NCBI GenBank assembly: GCA_030704615.1
Contig: CM060732.1
Location: 14,694,001 to 14,758,000, forward strand
DNA from: Takakia lepidozioides
Lineage: Eukaryota; Plantae; Bryophyta
Length of the DNA stretch: 64,000 bases
Direction of reading: 5' to 3'
Numbering within the stretch: the stretch's first letter is position 1; each line of letters begins with the position of its first letter. Position numbers and translations under genes: made by a program. The notes under the pieces were generated by a model. That model worked only from the letters and a program-made list of their open reading frames with translations, was not told where the DNA came from and did no database searches. Shown here in pieces: positions 1-32,199 of the stretch.

Positions 1-247
1 AATGATGTTGCAGATACGTTACACAAAGCTGAATGACAACTAGTGAAACCGATCAACCACTGAACAAATGGATACCAAACACACCATCATTAGCTCTTCT
101 TGACTTTTTCTTGGGATTTTCTGCTACTTATCTTCCATTGGCAGAAGGCGAAAGCCTTGCACACACCCTTAGATACGGCTGAGGGGGAGACACCAGAGTG
201 GTAAAGAATCTCAACATCCTGGTGAATATTTCAAATAAAATATGTAC

Positions 248-19022
<18,775 letters not shown>

Positions 19023-19084
19023 GCCCACTTGCAGCTCCTCTCTCAAATCTGAGACAAACCCAAGAGTCAGTTGGGAGACGAGGT

Positions 19085-20630
19085 CATCCAGAGCCCCCTG
19101 GATGGAAAAACGGCGCCAAATTTCCATCCGGGGGATGAAGTCGGTGCGCCAGCTGGCCCACCCTCCACAGACAATCCAGACCCCGCGCCGCATTTCCATC
19201 CAGGGTAGAACATCAACCGGCAGCTGGCCCTCCCGACTTCATCCAATCCCCCATGGATGGAAATTCGGCGCCGAATTTCCATCCTGGGGATGAAATTTGT
19301 ACCGCTCTGGGGAAGAAAAAGGCGGCCGGAGGGCGATAAGTGGATGTGAAAGGCCGAAAAAAAACAAAAAAAACTCTGAAAACGGGAAATAACGGGTGAA
19401 AAAGGTCTAGGACGGTTCCATCTGACCGCGCCGGATGAAAAAACGGCGCTGAATATCCATCCAGGGGATGAAATTAGGATGGAAATACAGCGCTGAATTT
19501 CCATCCAGGAGATGAACTTGATGTGCCACCTGTCGATCCCTCCCCCTGAGAGGACTTCATCCAAACCCCCCTGGATGGAAACATATTTCCATCTGGGGGA
19601 TGAAATTTGAGAACCACTTGGAGCCCTCTCCCCCTGAGACGACTTCATCCAACCCCCCTGGGATGGAAATTCGGCGTCGTTTTTCCATTCAGGGATGAAC
19701 TTGGTGTGCCACTTGTCGCACCCTCCCCCCGAGAGGACTTCATCCAAACCCCCCTGGATGGAAATTCGGCGCCATATTTCCATCTGGGGGATGAAATTTG
19801 GGAGCCACTTGGAGCCCTCTCCCCCCGAGATAACTTCATCCAACCCCCCTTGGATGGAAATTCGGCGTCGTTTTTCCATCCAGGGGATGAACTTGGTGTG
19901 CCACCTGTCGCACCCTCCCCCCGAGACGACTTCATCCAACCCCCCTTGGATAGAAATTTGGTGCCGTATTTCCATCCAGGGAATGAACTTGGTATGACGC
20001 TTGGCGCTTCCTCCTCCCGAGACAACTTCATCTAAACCCCCCTGGATGGAAATTCGGCGCCGTATTTCTATCCAGGGGATGAACTTGGTGTGCCACCTGC
20101 CACTCCCTCTGCAAGACGACTTCATCCAACCCCCCTTGGATGGAAATTCGGCGCCGTATTTCCATCCAGGGGATGAACTTGGTGTGCCACCCGTCGCTCC
20201 CTTTCCTCGAGAGGACTTTATCCAAACCCCCCTGGATGGAAATTCGGCGTCATATTTCCATCTGGGGGATGAAATTTGGGAGCCACTTGGAGCCCTCTCT
20301 CCCCTAGACGACTTCATCTAAATCCCCCTGGATGGAAATTCGGTGCCGTATTTCCATCCGGCGGGATGAACTTGGGTTCCAGCTAGACGGCTCTCCCCCC
20401 AAAACGGCTTCATCCAACTTCCACCAGATGGAAATTTGACACCGTATTTCCATCCGACAGGATGAAAATGGGTTGAACGTGACTGGATCTCCTCCCGAAT
20501 GGATAGAAATTCGGCGTCGTATTTCCATCTCGGGATGAACTTGGTGTGCCACATGGCGCTCCCTCCCCCGACACGACTTCATCCACACCCCCTGGATGGA
20601 AATTCGGCGTTGGATTTCCATCTGGGGGAT
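19085..20630. repeat. Tandem array of ~96-bp units with hairpin GGATGGAAAT-TCGGCGCCG-TATTTCCATCC
   Basis: ggatggaaa recurs at ~19756, 19852, 19948, 20044 etc. (period ~96). Degenerate copies also at ~21680-21850. Confidence 0.9.
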
Positions 20631-22741
20631 CGTTTGGCTCCTCTCACAATTGGCTATCATGCTCCCCGGACTCTATATACTTCATTCCTAGTGTCCAACT
20701 TTTCTTCACAATCCCAAATTCCCCTTCCGCCGCTTCTTTCCTCAATCCCTTCGCCATTTCTATGGGGTGTGGTCAAGCAGGATGCCCTTGGGTTGAAGGT
20801 TGGGACAGAGGTTTTCTGCCCGGGTTGGCGACGTTGCCATCTTGCTATGTCCAGGTCCTCTTTTCAGCGATGACGCGCCTGAACACCTGGTGTCCATACA
20901 TGTCCACGAGTGGACACGGAATCTGCTGGACAAGTGGGGAGACCGGCTGCGTAGTGGTATTTGGTGACTGTAGAACGTGCGGATTGGAGACTAGGATTTC
21001 CCGCTTTCGGAGGACCCGATAGATTTCGCACAGCAATGATACACGAGTGGAAGTGTTGACAGTGGTGGTTTGTTGATCAGATCTACATGCAGTACAACCG
21101 GGAGTGCTATTCGGACCCAACATCATTTGGGGATACTTGGATTAGGGGTGAGGAAATGAACGTATATTCCGAGGCCGCGGTATCGATCCATTTCTACAAT
21201 GGATGCGACGACTTGGAGGAAGACGAGGTGGTGGTGCACTTCGACCAGATCCACCACCAAGTGCGTTATGTTTTCACGAGGTTGCTGGAAGAAGGTCGTG
21301 AGGACAAGATGGTTACTGTGAATACCTAGTCTGTTATTGAGAATACATTGTGCATCAGAATGTTTTAGATCTATCCAATACCATCACTGTTTGACATTCA
21401 GTGTGTAGGATGTGCATGTAAAGATGTCGGCCTCTGATGTCGGCCTCTGATGTCGACATCCGTTGTATCCGGGACCATGACAATGAATTTAAACTTTAGG
21501 GTCTCAAAATGGAATTTGTAAAATCATTGCTTACCCTGCAGCAAGGTGGTTCTTTTCACCCCACACACCATTACAAGTTCATTGGGAGGTCCCTATCAAT
21601 ACGGAATATAAAAAATCATTGCTATACCTCCTCACCCCATCCACCATTCCAAGTTCATTGATTGGTTCCGATATGGTTTCATCCAACCCCGTGGATGGAA
21701 CTACGGCGCTGAATTTCCATCCATGTTGGATGGAAACGCGATTTTATGGAGCCGACGTGGATGGAAATTGGGCGTCGTCCCGATTCTGGATGGAAATTCT
21801 TCGAATTTCCATCCAAGGGATGAACTTGGTGTGACACTTGGCGCTATCTCCCCCCGGGAGCTCTCTCCCGAGACGCGGTTTTATGCAGCCGACCATGAAG
21901 TAAATGTGGCGCCTCATTCCCGGGTACGGGCATATTAAATGTTGTTTTTTTGTTTACCACTTGTCCAAATTTCCCCCTGCACCCACTGCGAATCTGGGCA
22001 GCAGGACCAGTTCCTCTCCTCCTCTCCTCCCACTTCCTCTCCTCCCATACTACCAGGTCTGCTTCCCGGCGCTCCCTCTCTGCTTCCTGGCAGCCCTTTT
22101 CACTATTCGGCGCTGATGTGTCGAGATCCCAGCAATTGCCCCAACGGGGGTCGATCCCCGTGGAACTTCAAGCCCAAAGTCAGGGGACATTCTTACATAC
22201 CTACAGGATTGGATAGACCAGTCTCAGCAGAGGCGGGTGCACCTATCCACTCTTGAGTACCTTCCTGCTTCCACGATCGGCCTCGCGGGGACGGGCTTGC
22301 GCGGCTCTGGTGCATGCGAATCGTCGATCTGGAGTATCCGCCTGCATGGGACATCCCCAAAAGCCGCACGGCCTTCCTGTATCATTGGAGGTACTGCCAG
22401 TGGGCCTACGACGACTGCATCGAGTGTATGTACAGGCCTCCGCGGATTCCCTCACAAACAGTCTATGGGGACATTCTCATAAGCTACGAGTCCTATGGAC
22501 ATAGAGTCTCCATAGCAAAGATCTCCATTTACGATGGTGCATATATCGGAGGACATGACACCGTTGTCCACTACAACAAAGGGGAGCGGACTGCATCCGT
22601 TGTCTTCACCTACTGACACCCAGTCAGTCATGAGCTTGTTGAGAGGCCAATCGAGGTTCTAGCTTCTTGGTGACAACAGTGCAACACGACAGCAAATTCC
22701 CAACTTACCTGAGCATGGATTGCATGCATACTTTTGGCTTA

Positions 22742-23093
22742 TGTCAAGTTAAATAAGCACAGTGTGAAACTAACTAGAATAAAGCGAGTTATTTGTATTT
22801 AACACTTGGATTTAGGTCAAGTGTTAAATCAGGTGTCAAGTTTAGTTTGACACCTGAACCGTCTTATCTTCACGAGAGCGTCAGTCGCGTAGCTCATCTC
22901 TCTCGAGTTGAGCCTGTGCGACCGAGCTCCTTCACGCTTTAGAATCTGAGTGTGCGTATGTAGGGGTATAGGTTGATGTGGGGTGGAGTCCCCATAGCTT
23001 GGGGTGCCCCTGGCTCGACTATTATCTTAAAGAGTGATAGCGATGGATTTCATGTTTCTTGTGTCAAGAGTTTGTTCTTTAGCTTTCTTATCA
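22742..23093 (+). repeat. 5' terminal repeat A (partial LTR)
   Basis: Matches 34008-34359 with about 6 substitutions counted by eye. Confidence 0.95.
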
Positions 23094-23108
23094 CTCGAGA
23101 GAGATGAG
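23093..23108 (+). promoter_or_regulatory. Self-priming primer-binding site
   Basis: actcgagagagatgag is the exact reverse complement of 22893-22908 (ctcatctctctcgagt) inside repeat A. There is no tRNA-type TGG PBS. Confidence 0.75.
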
Positions 23109-24288
23109 GCTTGCATCTGTGAGTGCCAGAGGTGAGTTTAGTTTTAGCACTTGTGGTTTTTGTTTTAAAAGTGAGAGAAGCGATTTGTTGAAAGAAGGTG
23201 AGCAATGCTTGGAAGGGTGTGCAAGTGCAGGTGGGGTGAGACGATGCCATCTGTTTGTTTTTTGATGATTTGAGCCTATGAGGAGAGGCGGAGCTGCCAC
23301 TCTACTTGTGATCACCACTTAGCAACTTATGAACTCACGGGGGAAAACAGCTTGCTGGGGTGCGGCTATAGACACTGTGCCGTCATTGGCATTCATGATT
23401 ACGATTGTACAAGGCAGGGCCTGCGGGAGAAGTAGTTTGCTGCCAGATGATGGGCAGGAATTACGTTGATGACTTCGCAGTGTGATATCCTACGCAACTA
23501 ACGGACTGAGGGCCGAGCAAAGCAATCTGTTTATGACGATCAGAGATAACGACGGAGCATGCTGCCATCCCTCTGCCGTTCGGAGAGAAGGAAGAGGCAG
23601 CCTCTTTCACAAGATTCTTGGAGTTTGTGGGGCTCCCTTCTCAAGTAATCAAAACCAGCAATGTGTTTCCTGCTAAAGTCTTTGATTGCAGTTCAGACTG
23701 GTAATTAATCAAGATAGAGCGAATGCGCGGCAGCTTCAATCAGTCACGGCGTTTCTTGCCTGAGGTTTATTTGCCACCAAGGCGGTCGGTGTGGATATGG
23801 AGGTGTCGGTTTGGCTGTGATCGGTCTGGATCCGGCTTTTCTCTTCACGGGTGTGCGATTTGACAGAAAGCGATTTGCAGCAGATGTTTATCGGTTTCAG
23901 AGAAAGGAGGAACATATTATACAAGTCCGCTGCAATGAATGAGTGTCTGAAACCTGCGAAAGATCAATGCAATTAATCTGACCGTCTCGGAGGTTATTGG
24001 TGTCGACCACAGGAAGGTGAACTAAAGGCACTTCAAGGACAAGAATGGTGCTGAAAATGCATTCAACCTTTTCAAGGCTCCTGGAGTTCGAGAGAGGATG
24101 TGGAGTCACATGTAGTAGACACCTCCTGCAAATCAAAAATTGATGCAGTTGTAACAGCCCGCATCCACTCAACCATGACCCGGGCCCTCTTTCGTGCCAT
24201 ATTGCCAGAGTCTGGTGAAGATCCGGCACAGACCACAATGCATGATTCTGACCGTACCTTCATTACGGGAAGCATTACTGACAGGTAG

Positions 24289-24351
24289 ACGATGATGTTT
24301 GTTGGCAACGAGGAAGGGAAACTTCTTGCACTGCGCCAGATCTTCAACCAG
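24289..24351 (+). pseudogene. Captured exon fragment of a DEAD-box helicase (ROK1/DDX52/RH57-like)
   Basis: Encodes TMMFVGNEEGKLLALRQIFNQ and ends at a cag|gt donor. It resembles the G.EEGKLLALRQ motif of ROK1-type helicases. Confidence 0.6.
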
Positions 24352-26693
24352 GTCTATGTGCTAAGCTCTTGTATCCCATGGTTGGGTAATCTGCACAAGT
24401 CAGAGCCATTGCAAGTGAGTCCGGAAGATAGGTCTCCCAATGCTCCAGATGCAGACCTCTTTCCTTGCGGTGCAGACCAGTTTGCTGCAACTCCGCTGTA
24501 GCGTGAAGGATGGTAGAGAGGTTGCCATCTGTGAATCGTTGCGTGCGAAATGCTGATGTGAGGATGAGAGGCGGACTGAAGAGATAAGTAGGAAATCGCA
24601 GCTTCACTGCTTCCCTGGAGGTGCTTGCTCTAAGCCGAGTGCTGTGGTGTACTAGACTTCCAGGCATTCACTGGACATCTTGTGTGAGTGGAACCAGCTT
24701 GAACCAGCCTGAAGGGGAGCGAGGGTGATTTCTGGTTTTGAGTGTTGTGTACGACAAAGAGTAGGTAGCCGTGAGGACTGAGCAGAACCAGGAGCTGGTA
24801 GGAGCTGACGGGCATCTCTGCTGCATGGCTTGGAGATTGACGAGCATGCAAGCTGCTCATGTGCAACCCTTTGATCAGGTCTTTGATCGGCCGAATCGGC
24901 CAACACCCCGCACCACCTCCTTGTTCCTGCTTGCTCGCGCAGGCTTGGCCATCGCTGCCATCGTCTGCGTCCGTCTTGCCTCTTTCCCCTGAGCATACTG
25001 AGTGCGTGATTAATGTGAGGCCATTTCTTTCAGGACCAATTGGCCTTGCGGTTTATGAGTCCAAGGAATTCTTAGGGAACCAGGGAACAGGGAACCAAGA
25101 CAAGTATTGAAAAAAAAAAAAAAAAAAAAACCTTGTATTTGTTTTGTCTTATTTTATTTTATTTTTATTTTTAAAAAGAAAAGAAAAAAGGTGTTATGTT
25201 TAAAGAGCCTGGTTGGTCATATCTTTGTCAAATGAGCTCCGTTTGACTCAGTTTTTGAGGGGATAGTTGCAGAAAGGGGAAATCTACCTATCTAGACCTG
25301 GTTTTTGTTTTTGGGACTCTGCTAAAAATCTATGGAATTTTTAGAATGTGAGTGTGCCGTGAAAGATCCACAATTCTGTTTTTAGAACCTGTTCTGGTCT
25401 ATATGAGAGGCAAATTTGTGGATGTCCTCCTTGTATGGCTGGGGGAAATGAGGACGTAATTGAAGGGCAAGTTTCGTCTCTTAGCCTGTGCACACAAGGG
25501 TCAAGATTTATGTTTCCCAAGGAACTCAGACTGATTTGAGTGGAGAATAGTTGGACGAGTTGATTGCATACTGGGAGTCAGGCATTAGCAGTAGACAACA
25601 AACTGCTGTAGTTGGCGTTGAGGGCCTCAATATCGCTTGGGACAGTCAGAACTCTGTTGGAGCCAGCAGTTCTGCAGCTGTAGGTGAAATACCAAAGTGG
25701 GTGAAAGCTAGGCTTGGAACACAGCCAAAGACATCCCCGGGGACCAAGGTGTTCAGCCACAAGGCCGTGGTGTATTGGAGCAGAGGAGCAGGAGCTACAC
25801 AAGTTTGTGCAATCAGACATGGTTGCAGCCGGACACACTCTGCACAAGGCAACCACGAGCGGGGGTTCATTAGCAATGACAAGTTTGTTTTGCTTGAGGG
25901 AGTTGCAGTCCTTCGCAATGAGGACACTCGCAACTGTCTCAAAGCTTTCGAGTTGAGAGACTATCAGACCCTACCTTTGTTTTCTTTAGTGTTCAGTGAG
26001 CGGGAGATAGCAGAGTGTTACTTTGTCTCTACCTGGCAGAGAGAGGAGGAGGGTTGGTTAGAGCGAGCTACTGTAGCTTGAGATAAGGTTAGTGGTAGGT
26101 TTCTAGACATAGATATACCTCCTACACCTTACCATCATGCAAAGAGAGGTACTTTGAGAGAAGTCTGGCAGTTGATAGCATAGATCAGGATTAGATCTTG
26201 CTTGGTCGGGCTTCTATTCTTCCCCTCCATCTTTGTACTATTTTCATCACCTTGTACTTGTAGTTGCCAAAGCCTCTCTTGGTGGAGGCCAGTCAGTCCG
26301 GGGTTTTGGGCTGGGATATTCTGCAGGATCAACATTGCAGCTGGATTTTGGTGTGGGGGTGTTGATGTTTTGATTTCTTGTGTTTGGATCCCCCCCAACA
26401 CCTGCATGCTTGACTGTGCGCCATGTTGGTTTTGTGTGGGCGCTTGCTTTCATAGGGATTAGGCCGGATTTGATCACCGGTCAATCCTGTCGGTGGTGAG
26501 GCTGGAGTGATGACCAGCAAGACCACCAGTGTTTCTTCTATGGTGAGACTGGGTTGATGACCAGCCAACCATAGGAGTTCTTGCGGTGGATACACGTGCA
26601 GGTGCCCTGAGCCACTGGGATATGACCCTTAAATTGCAACAGGTGCCCACCCGTGTCACTATTAGAATTAGTACTAGAGCCTTATAGTGTCAC

Positions 26694-28080
26694 GTGGGGG
26701 AGGTGCACATTGTGAGTGTCATCACGGAGTTACCCAAGGGTTCTGAGGGGAGTACGGCTACAGGCAGTAGCAGTGAGAGTGGGTTCACCAGACGAGGTGT
26801 TCGTTTCAGACCACCTCCACCTCCACCCTCAACTAGTGCAGAGTCAGACACAGACTCGGAGGCTTCATCAACAGGTGTGCAGTTTCATTCGCTATTGTTG
26901 TGGGATGACATGGAGGAGATGTATGGAACTACCAAGGGGCCTCGTAGGTACTCTGGAGCTGTGGGCATAATCGAGTTGGATGACTTTATCTAGGAGTTTG
27001 ACAGCTGGTGTGATTTGTAGCAGATGCGTAATCCACAGCTATTCACTCCATTCATGGCGTGGAAGGGACTGTTCCAGCATTTGGAAGGCCCGCCTATGGA
27101 CGATTACCACGAGTTCAGGCGAGGACATGAAGCAGAGATTGAGGAGTGGAGGATGTATTGGTCACCTGACTACGTCTCCATTACTCGAGGCACGATGCGA
27201 CCAGTAGCTGCATCAGTACCAATATCTCCCACTGCCAGCACTAGTAGTGGAACAAGTAGTGCCGGTACTTCTGCAGGTGGTACCAGTTCAAAAGGTGCTA
27301 CTACTCCTCCTGCCACGACTACAACACATGTGCCTAGATTCAACCCGGTGGTGGAGTTCTTCCAGGAGTTGCGGAGGAGCTACCAAGGTGTACGGACAGA
27401 GAAGCTGCGAAGTTTGCAAGACTTCCAGCGCAAACCCAGTGAGAGCCTACGAGAGGTGTACACTCGTATGAGGCGCTTGATAAGTGTGACCCAAGGGGTT
27501 ATTGAAGCTCTGACAATCCAGTTTTGGTATGGAATTCTGGACAAGGAGCTCAAGAGAAGGGTGTGAGATGCAACCCTGTTACAAGTAGCCCAACCCACAT
27601 TAGCAGATGTGTTTCTGCTGGCTGAGCGGATTGAGCTCAACATGGTGGAGGAGCGAGTTGTTACCATTGGATTTGGCAAAGACATGTCTGCACGAGGCGC
27701 AACTGCCAGCCCACAGGCACAAAGGACTGCCCAACAGCGTGGTCATGGGGGCAAGGTTTCCAACCCAAGTTCCATGGAGCTTACAGGGGACCTCAGGTGC
27801 TAAGGCCCGTGGCATCTTTTGCAGGCCAACAGCAACCAAGGGTGATATGTTGGACATGTGGAGGACCCCATGTCAAGAGAGATTGCCCAGAGAGTGGCAA
27901 AAGGCCGGCACAAGCACAGCCTGCACAGTTGCAGTGTGGGCATTGTGGCAAGTATGGGCATGGAGATGCCCAATGTTATGACTTGCATTCTGAGTTGCGC
28001 CCAGGCCAGTTCCAAGGGAACAATGGTGGCCAGGGGCGAGGTGGACCAGCCCAGAGAGGACGAGGTCGACGCCATCCATG
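26694..28080 (+). pseudogene. Gag with two CCHC zinc knuckles (stops and frameshift)
   Basis: FQRKPSESLREVYTRMRRL (retrotransposon gag), CWTCGGPHVKRDC and CGHCGKYGHGDAQC. In-frame stops at 26991, 27018 and 27564. Confidence 0.85.
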
Positions 28081-28449
28081 GCACCTAGTTCTCGCCCGAC
28101 TGTTACCGAGGCGGAGGTTACTATGCCATTAGGGAGAGCTACACCTGCAACACTGACACCTGCTTCCAAGGCTAGTGCAGCCGGTGTGTTGTTGGGGGCA
28201 GCCACCTCTGTGTGTCAAGCCCCACTGTTCTCGGCAACCATGATTTCGACGCCGGGGGTAAGACCAGCTGCAGTGTTTAGACTAGCAGCAACACTCGACG
28301 AGAGTGGGGAGGTCACTTCATCTTCTGCGGAGTTAGTGGAAGGTGTAGTGGCAGAGGGATCATCGGATTTGAGGGTCAAGACTGCCACGGCTGTGCCATG
28401 GCAAGCTGCAGCTGCCAGGTTGACGGAGTTGCCAGCTAGGCCAGCCTTT

Positions 28450-28920
28450 GAGCGCCCCATGGTGACACCTGGAGTTGTCTTGTTAGACAACCAGGATGAC
28501 ATTTTATCTTTGAGTGGACCGGCAAGCAAGAAGTACCGGCCACTACGGGTCTTGTTGGACTCGGGAGCTCAGCCACTGATGTTAGGCAGAGCTGCTATTG
28601 CCGGTTTGGGCCTCATAGAGGCGGATATAGAGCCTTGTCCTTTCCAGATATAGACATCTCTGGGAGGATCAGAGCAGGCTCGGGGCATGACATGGCGTGA
28701 GTTGGCCATTGGACTACAGCCGGATCATCCTGTAGATGGCTCAGTGATGGCGAGCCAAGGCCATTATGACAGACGCGGTCTCTTACGATGTCCTCATTGG
28801 TGGGGCAGTGTTATATCCCATGGGCTTCACCTTGGACTTTTGGGAGGAGTCAGCATCCTACAGGCGTGGATGACAGTCAGGGGATGGTCGTCGTACACAG
28901 CTCCCTGTGACATTCATTGG
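28450..28920 (+). pseudogene. Retroviral-type aspartic protease
   Basis: VLLDSGA motif at ~28549; downstream YDVLIG-like flap after a frameshift. Confidence 0.8.
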
Positions 28921-29259
28921 GGGTATTGCGGCTGCCCAACGGGGCAACATGCCCACACTAGCCGCCTTTATAGCTGTAGTTAGTTGGCCTGGAGAGTTGC
29001 TGGAAGGCAATGCCCATGTAAAGGATGTGCCACCTCCAGCAGAACAGGATGACATGCATGGTATGGCGGAGTTGCCTGTCATGGTTGCTCACACTCCATT
29101 GTGGGGTACGGCAAGGATTTGCAGCAGGTTGCTGATCGACGTTGCAAACAAGCCTGAGTAGAGGCTTTTGTACCGTCAGGAGAAGAGGAGAGTGCGGGTA
29201 TTGCACTAGGACCACCTCAATTGTCACCATTGGATATCACACCTATTGTGTGGCAGTAT

Positions 29260-30200
29260 CCGGATAAAGACATTTGCCTTCTGGACTTGTTTGACGGGAT
29301 CAGCACCGGATTGGCTGCTGTGCTACAGGCAGGTGTGCGGGTAAGGCGTTACCTGTATGTGGAGAGGGATGAGACTGCACGACGCGTCTCACTGCACCAT
29401 GTTGCTCATTTGGTACAGCAGTACCCTGCTTTGTTGCCAGTGTGTGCAGTTCGTGGATACCAACAAGCCTTGCCAGCAGACATTTCGTTGCTGGGGGCGC
29501 CGGATTTGGCAGGTTGGCTCCATTGATCTGGTAGTGGCAGGTTTGGCCCTGCCAAGGGCATTCATCAGCCGGGCATGGCAATGGATTGCGAGACTCGAGG
29601 ACGGGTCTGTTTTGGGAGATGGTGCGAATTTTGCGCCACTTGCAGCTTCATCAAGCTATATCGCCAGCATACATCTTGGAGAATGTGCCACTGATGGCGA
29701 TTCTCTCGGCCAGGGTGATGGCCAGTGTGCATCAAGTCCGGTCGTGGCTTGGGTCAGCAGTGCTGCTGGATGTAGCTACAGTGGGATCACGGGCTCATCG
29801 TCCACGGCTATGGTGGACTAACTTGATGCCACCCGCACTGCTCAAGCATCATTTGATGGGGTGCAGCGGCCAACACACACCTCACAGTGGACAGCATTTT
29901 GGACACAGGGAGGCAGTCTCAACGTGTGAGACACGATGACTGTTCGCCTTTGGCAGTGGTCAATAGGGTGGGTCAACCACGAGCAGCATTACCTACACTG
30001 CTCAGCTTCCAGGATCCCATGCTTTTCGGGATGTGGACCTGGCCTCCTGTGGGATGCTCAGTTGCAGCAGTTAGTGGAGCCTAATGCCGACGAGCTCGAG
30101 AGCGGGCTATGGGGTTTTCCACTTGGACCATGGCGGTGCCTTCTCTTTCTGAGGCATCACGTCGTCAGGTGTTGGGGCAAGCAATGGATCTCAATTGCTT
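29260..30200 (+). pseudogene. DNMT3-like C5 cytosine DNA methyltransferase domain inside the Gypsy pol
   Basis: Motif I LLDLFDGISTG; motif II YLYVE; motif IV IDLVVAG/WPCQG (PC at 29547-29552, 1-nt frameshift); motif VI YILENV (29679); motif VIII RPRLWWTN; motifs IX-X ELE..MGF....SEASRRQVLGQAM. Confidence 0.9.
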
Positions 30201-30649
30201 GACCTGGATTATCAGCTTGGCTATGGCTGAGCAACGTAGAGTGCGGAGTGCACTTCCCTTGACGGTCTCTCTGCCTACCGAGATGGTACAGCAGCGAGTG
30301 GGGGCGAGCCGGTGAGGACCACGGGGTGTAGACATCCATGGCACATGTGGGAGGTGCTCGAGGTTCAGAGGGAGTTGGCAGCCAAGGCAGTTGTGATGGA
30401 TAAGGTTGGGGATTCTTCTCGGGTTGATGAGGTCCTCAAGGATGAGATGATGGGGCAGGATGAGGCCTTGTCATTTACTGAGCAGCAGGGAGTACTACTC
30501 AAGAGGTTGCGGCATAGCAACCACGGACGCGTCCTCTACCTCTAAGCCCACTGGACTTAAGGTTGCAGTTACGGAGGACAATGGGAGCCTGACATTGGAC
30601 CCATTGTCACCGGAGGAGAGAGACGACGTATACGGTGGTTCCTAAGGGC

Positions 30650-32035
30650 TTACAGGAATTGCTTTGCCTTCAGTTTGAAGGACTTAGGAGCACTGAAGGG
30701 TCAAGAGATTCGCATTGAATTGGCTACTGACACGCCAATCTTTCGGAGACCCTATAGATACAGTGACATGGAGAGGTCCTTGATTTAGATGAGAACTCAA
30801 GACCTTTGGGAGGCTGGTTTGGTGGAGCTATCTGGGGAGAGGGGAGAGTATGCTTCAGCACAGTGATGCCAGCCAAGAAGGATGTCTATGGCAATTGGAC
30901 GGAGAGACGTATGTGCGGTGATTACCGGCCTGTAAATCGTCAGACCAAGTCCGATAGGTATGCCATGCCGACACCAGAGGAGATCTTTGATGCCATTGGG
31001 CATGCCAAGGTCTTTAGCACGTTGGATTTACGATCCGGATCCGGATATCACCAGTTGCCGATCAAGGAGGCGGATAAGCAAAAGACGACATTCTGGGGGA
31101 TCAATGAGCACGGGAAAGATTGCCTATACCAGTGGCGGTTCTTACCATTTGGGCTTAAGAACGCTCCAGCAGAATTTCAGAGAGTCATAGACAGGATTCT
31201 AGCAGGGGTGGAGTTTGCTCGGTGCTACATAGATGACATCATCATTTTTAGTGCTACGGTGGAAGAGCATGAGAGACACCTTCAGGGGGTATTTGAGCGC
31301 TTGAGGGCGTACGGATTGAAGTTACATCCGGGAAAGTGCAAGTTTTTCCACAACCAGATTGAGTATCTGGGTCACATGATATATCCTGGAGGATTGGGGG
31401 TACAGCAGACTAAGGTAGAGTCCATTGCACAGGTTCCACGCCCCACGGATGTGAGCCGAGTCAAGCTTTCATTGGGTTAGCAAACTATTATAGACGGTTT
31501 GTTAAGGGATTTAGTGCGATTGCAAAGGCTCTAACCAAGCTGACCAAGGTGGAGCAGGAGTGGCAGTGGGAAGATGAGCAAGAACAAGCTTTTCAAGAGC
31601 TCAAGGCGAGGTTGACCTCGGCGCCCATCTTGAGACGACCTATCAGGGGGCGTCCTTTTCAGCTGCATACAGATTCGAGCATGCTGGGGCTTGGAGCGGT
31701 GCTCACACAGGTGGATGATGAGGGAAGAGAGTTCGTAGTGGCTTATGCTAGCCGCTTGAACAATGTTGCAGAGTCTAAGTATAGCTCATATGAGAGGAGA
31801 ATGCTTAGCTGCAGTGTGGGCCGTGGCACACTTCAGGTGCTATCTATACGGCAATCTCTTCACCCTTGTCACGGATCACCAACCACTCAAGTGGTTGATG
31901 GAGTCAGACAAGCTTACGGGGAAGCTTGCACGGTGGGCACTCATCATTCAAGAGTATGATTTTCAGGTGGTGCATCGACCGGGTTTGGTCAATCGCAATG
32001 CAGATGGGTTGAGTCGCAATCCATGCACGAACTAG
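30650..32035 (+). pseudogene. Reverse transcriptase and RNase H
   Basis: RMCGDYRPVN, FSTLDLRSG, LPFGLKNAP, YIDD; RNase H LHTDSS, ECLA, TDH, NADGLSR. Disrupted by frameshifts and stops. Confidence 0.95.
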
Positions 32036-32199
32036 CAGGATGACACTGGAGCTCGGTGGCATGGTGAGACGGATGAGGAGATGGTGCCCGGATGGCATGC
32101 ATCTGCATTTCTGTGTATCTTGGCAGCGGAATGCCAGGTTGGCCCTGCAACAGGATGACTGTAGATCAAGTGTCTGAGGACCCTGAGGCCAGCAATGAG

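Noticed and set aside
19067-20317. 416-aa minus-strand ORF and overlapping ORFs
   Set aside because: An artefact of a repeat whose 96-bp period is a multiple of three; the translation is repetitive with no domain.
25551-26595. ORFs in the Gypsy leader as an extra (env-like) gene
   Set aside because: No recognisable motifs or consistent frame.
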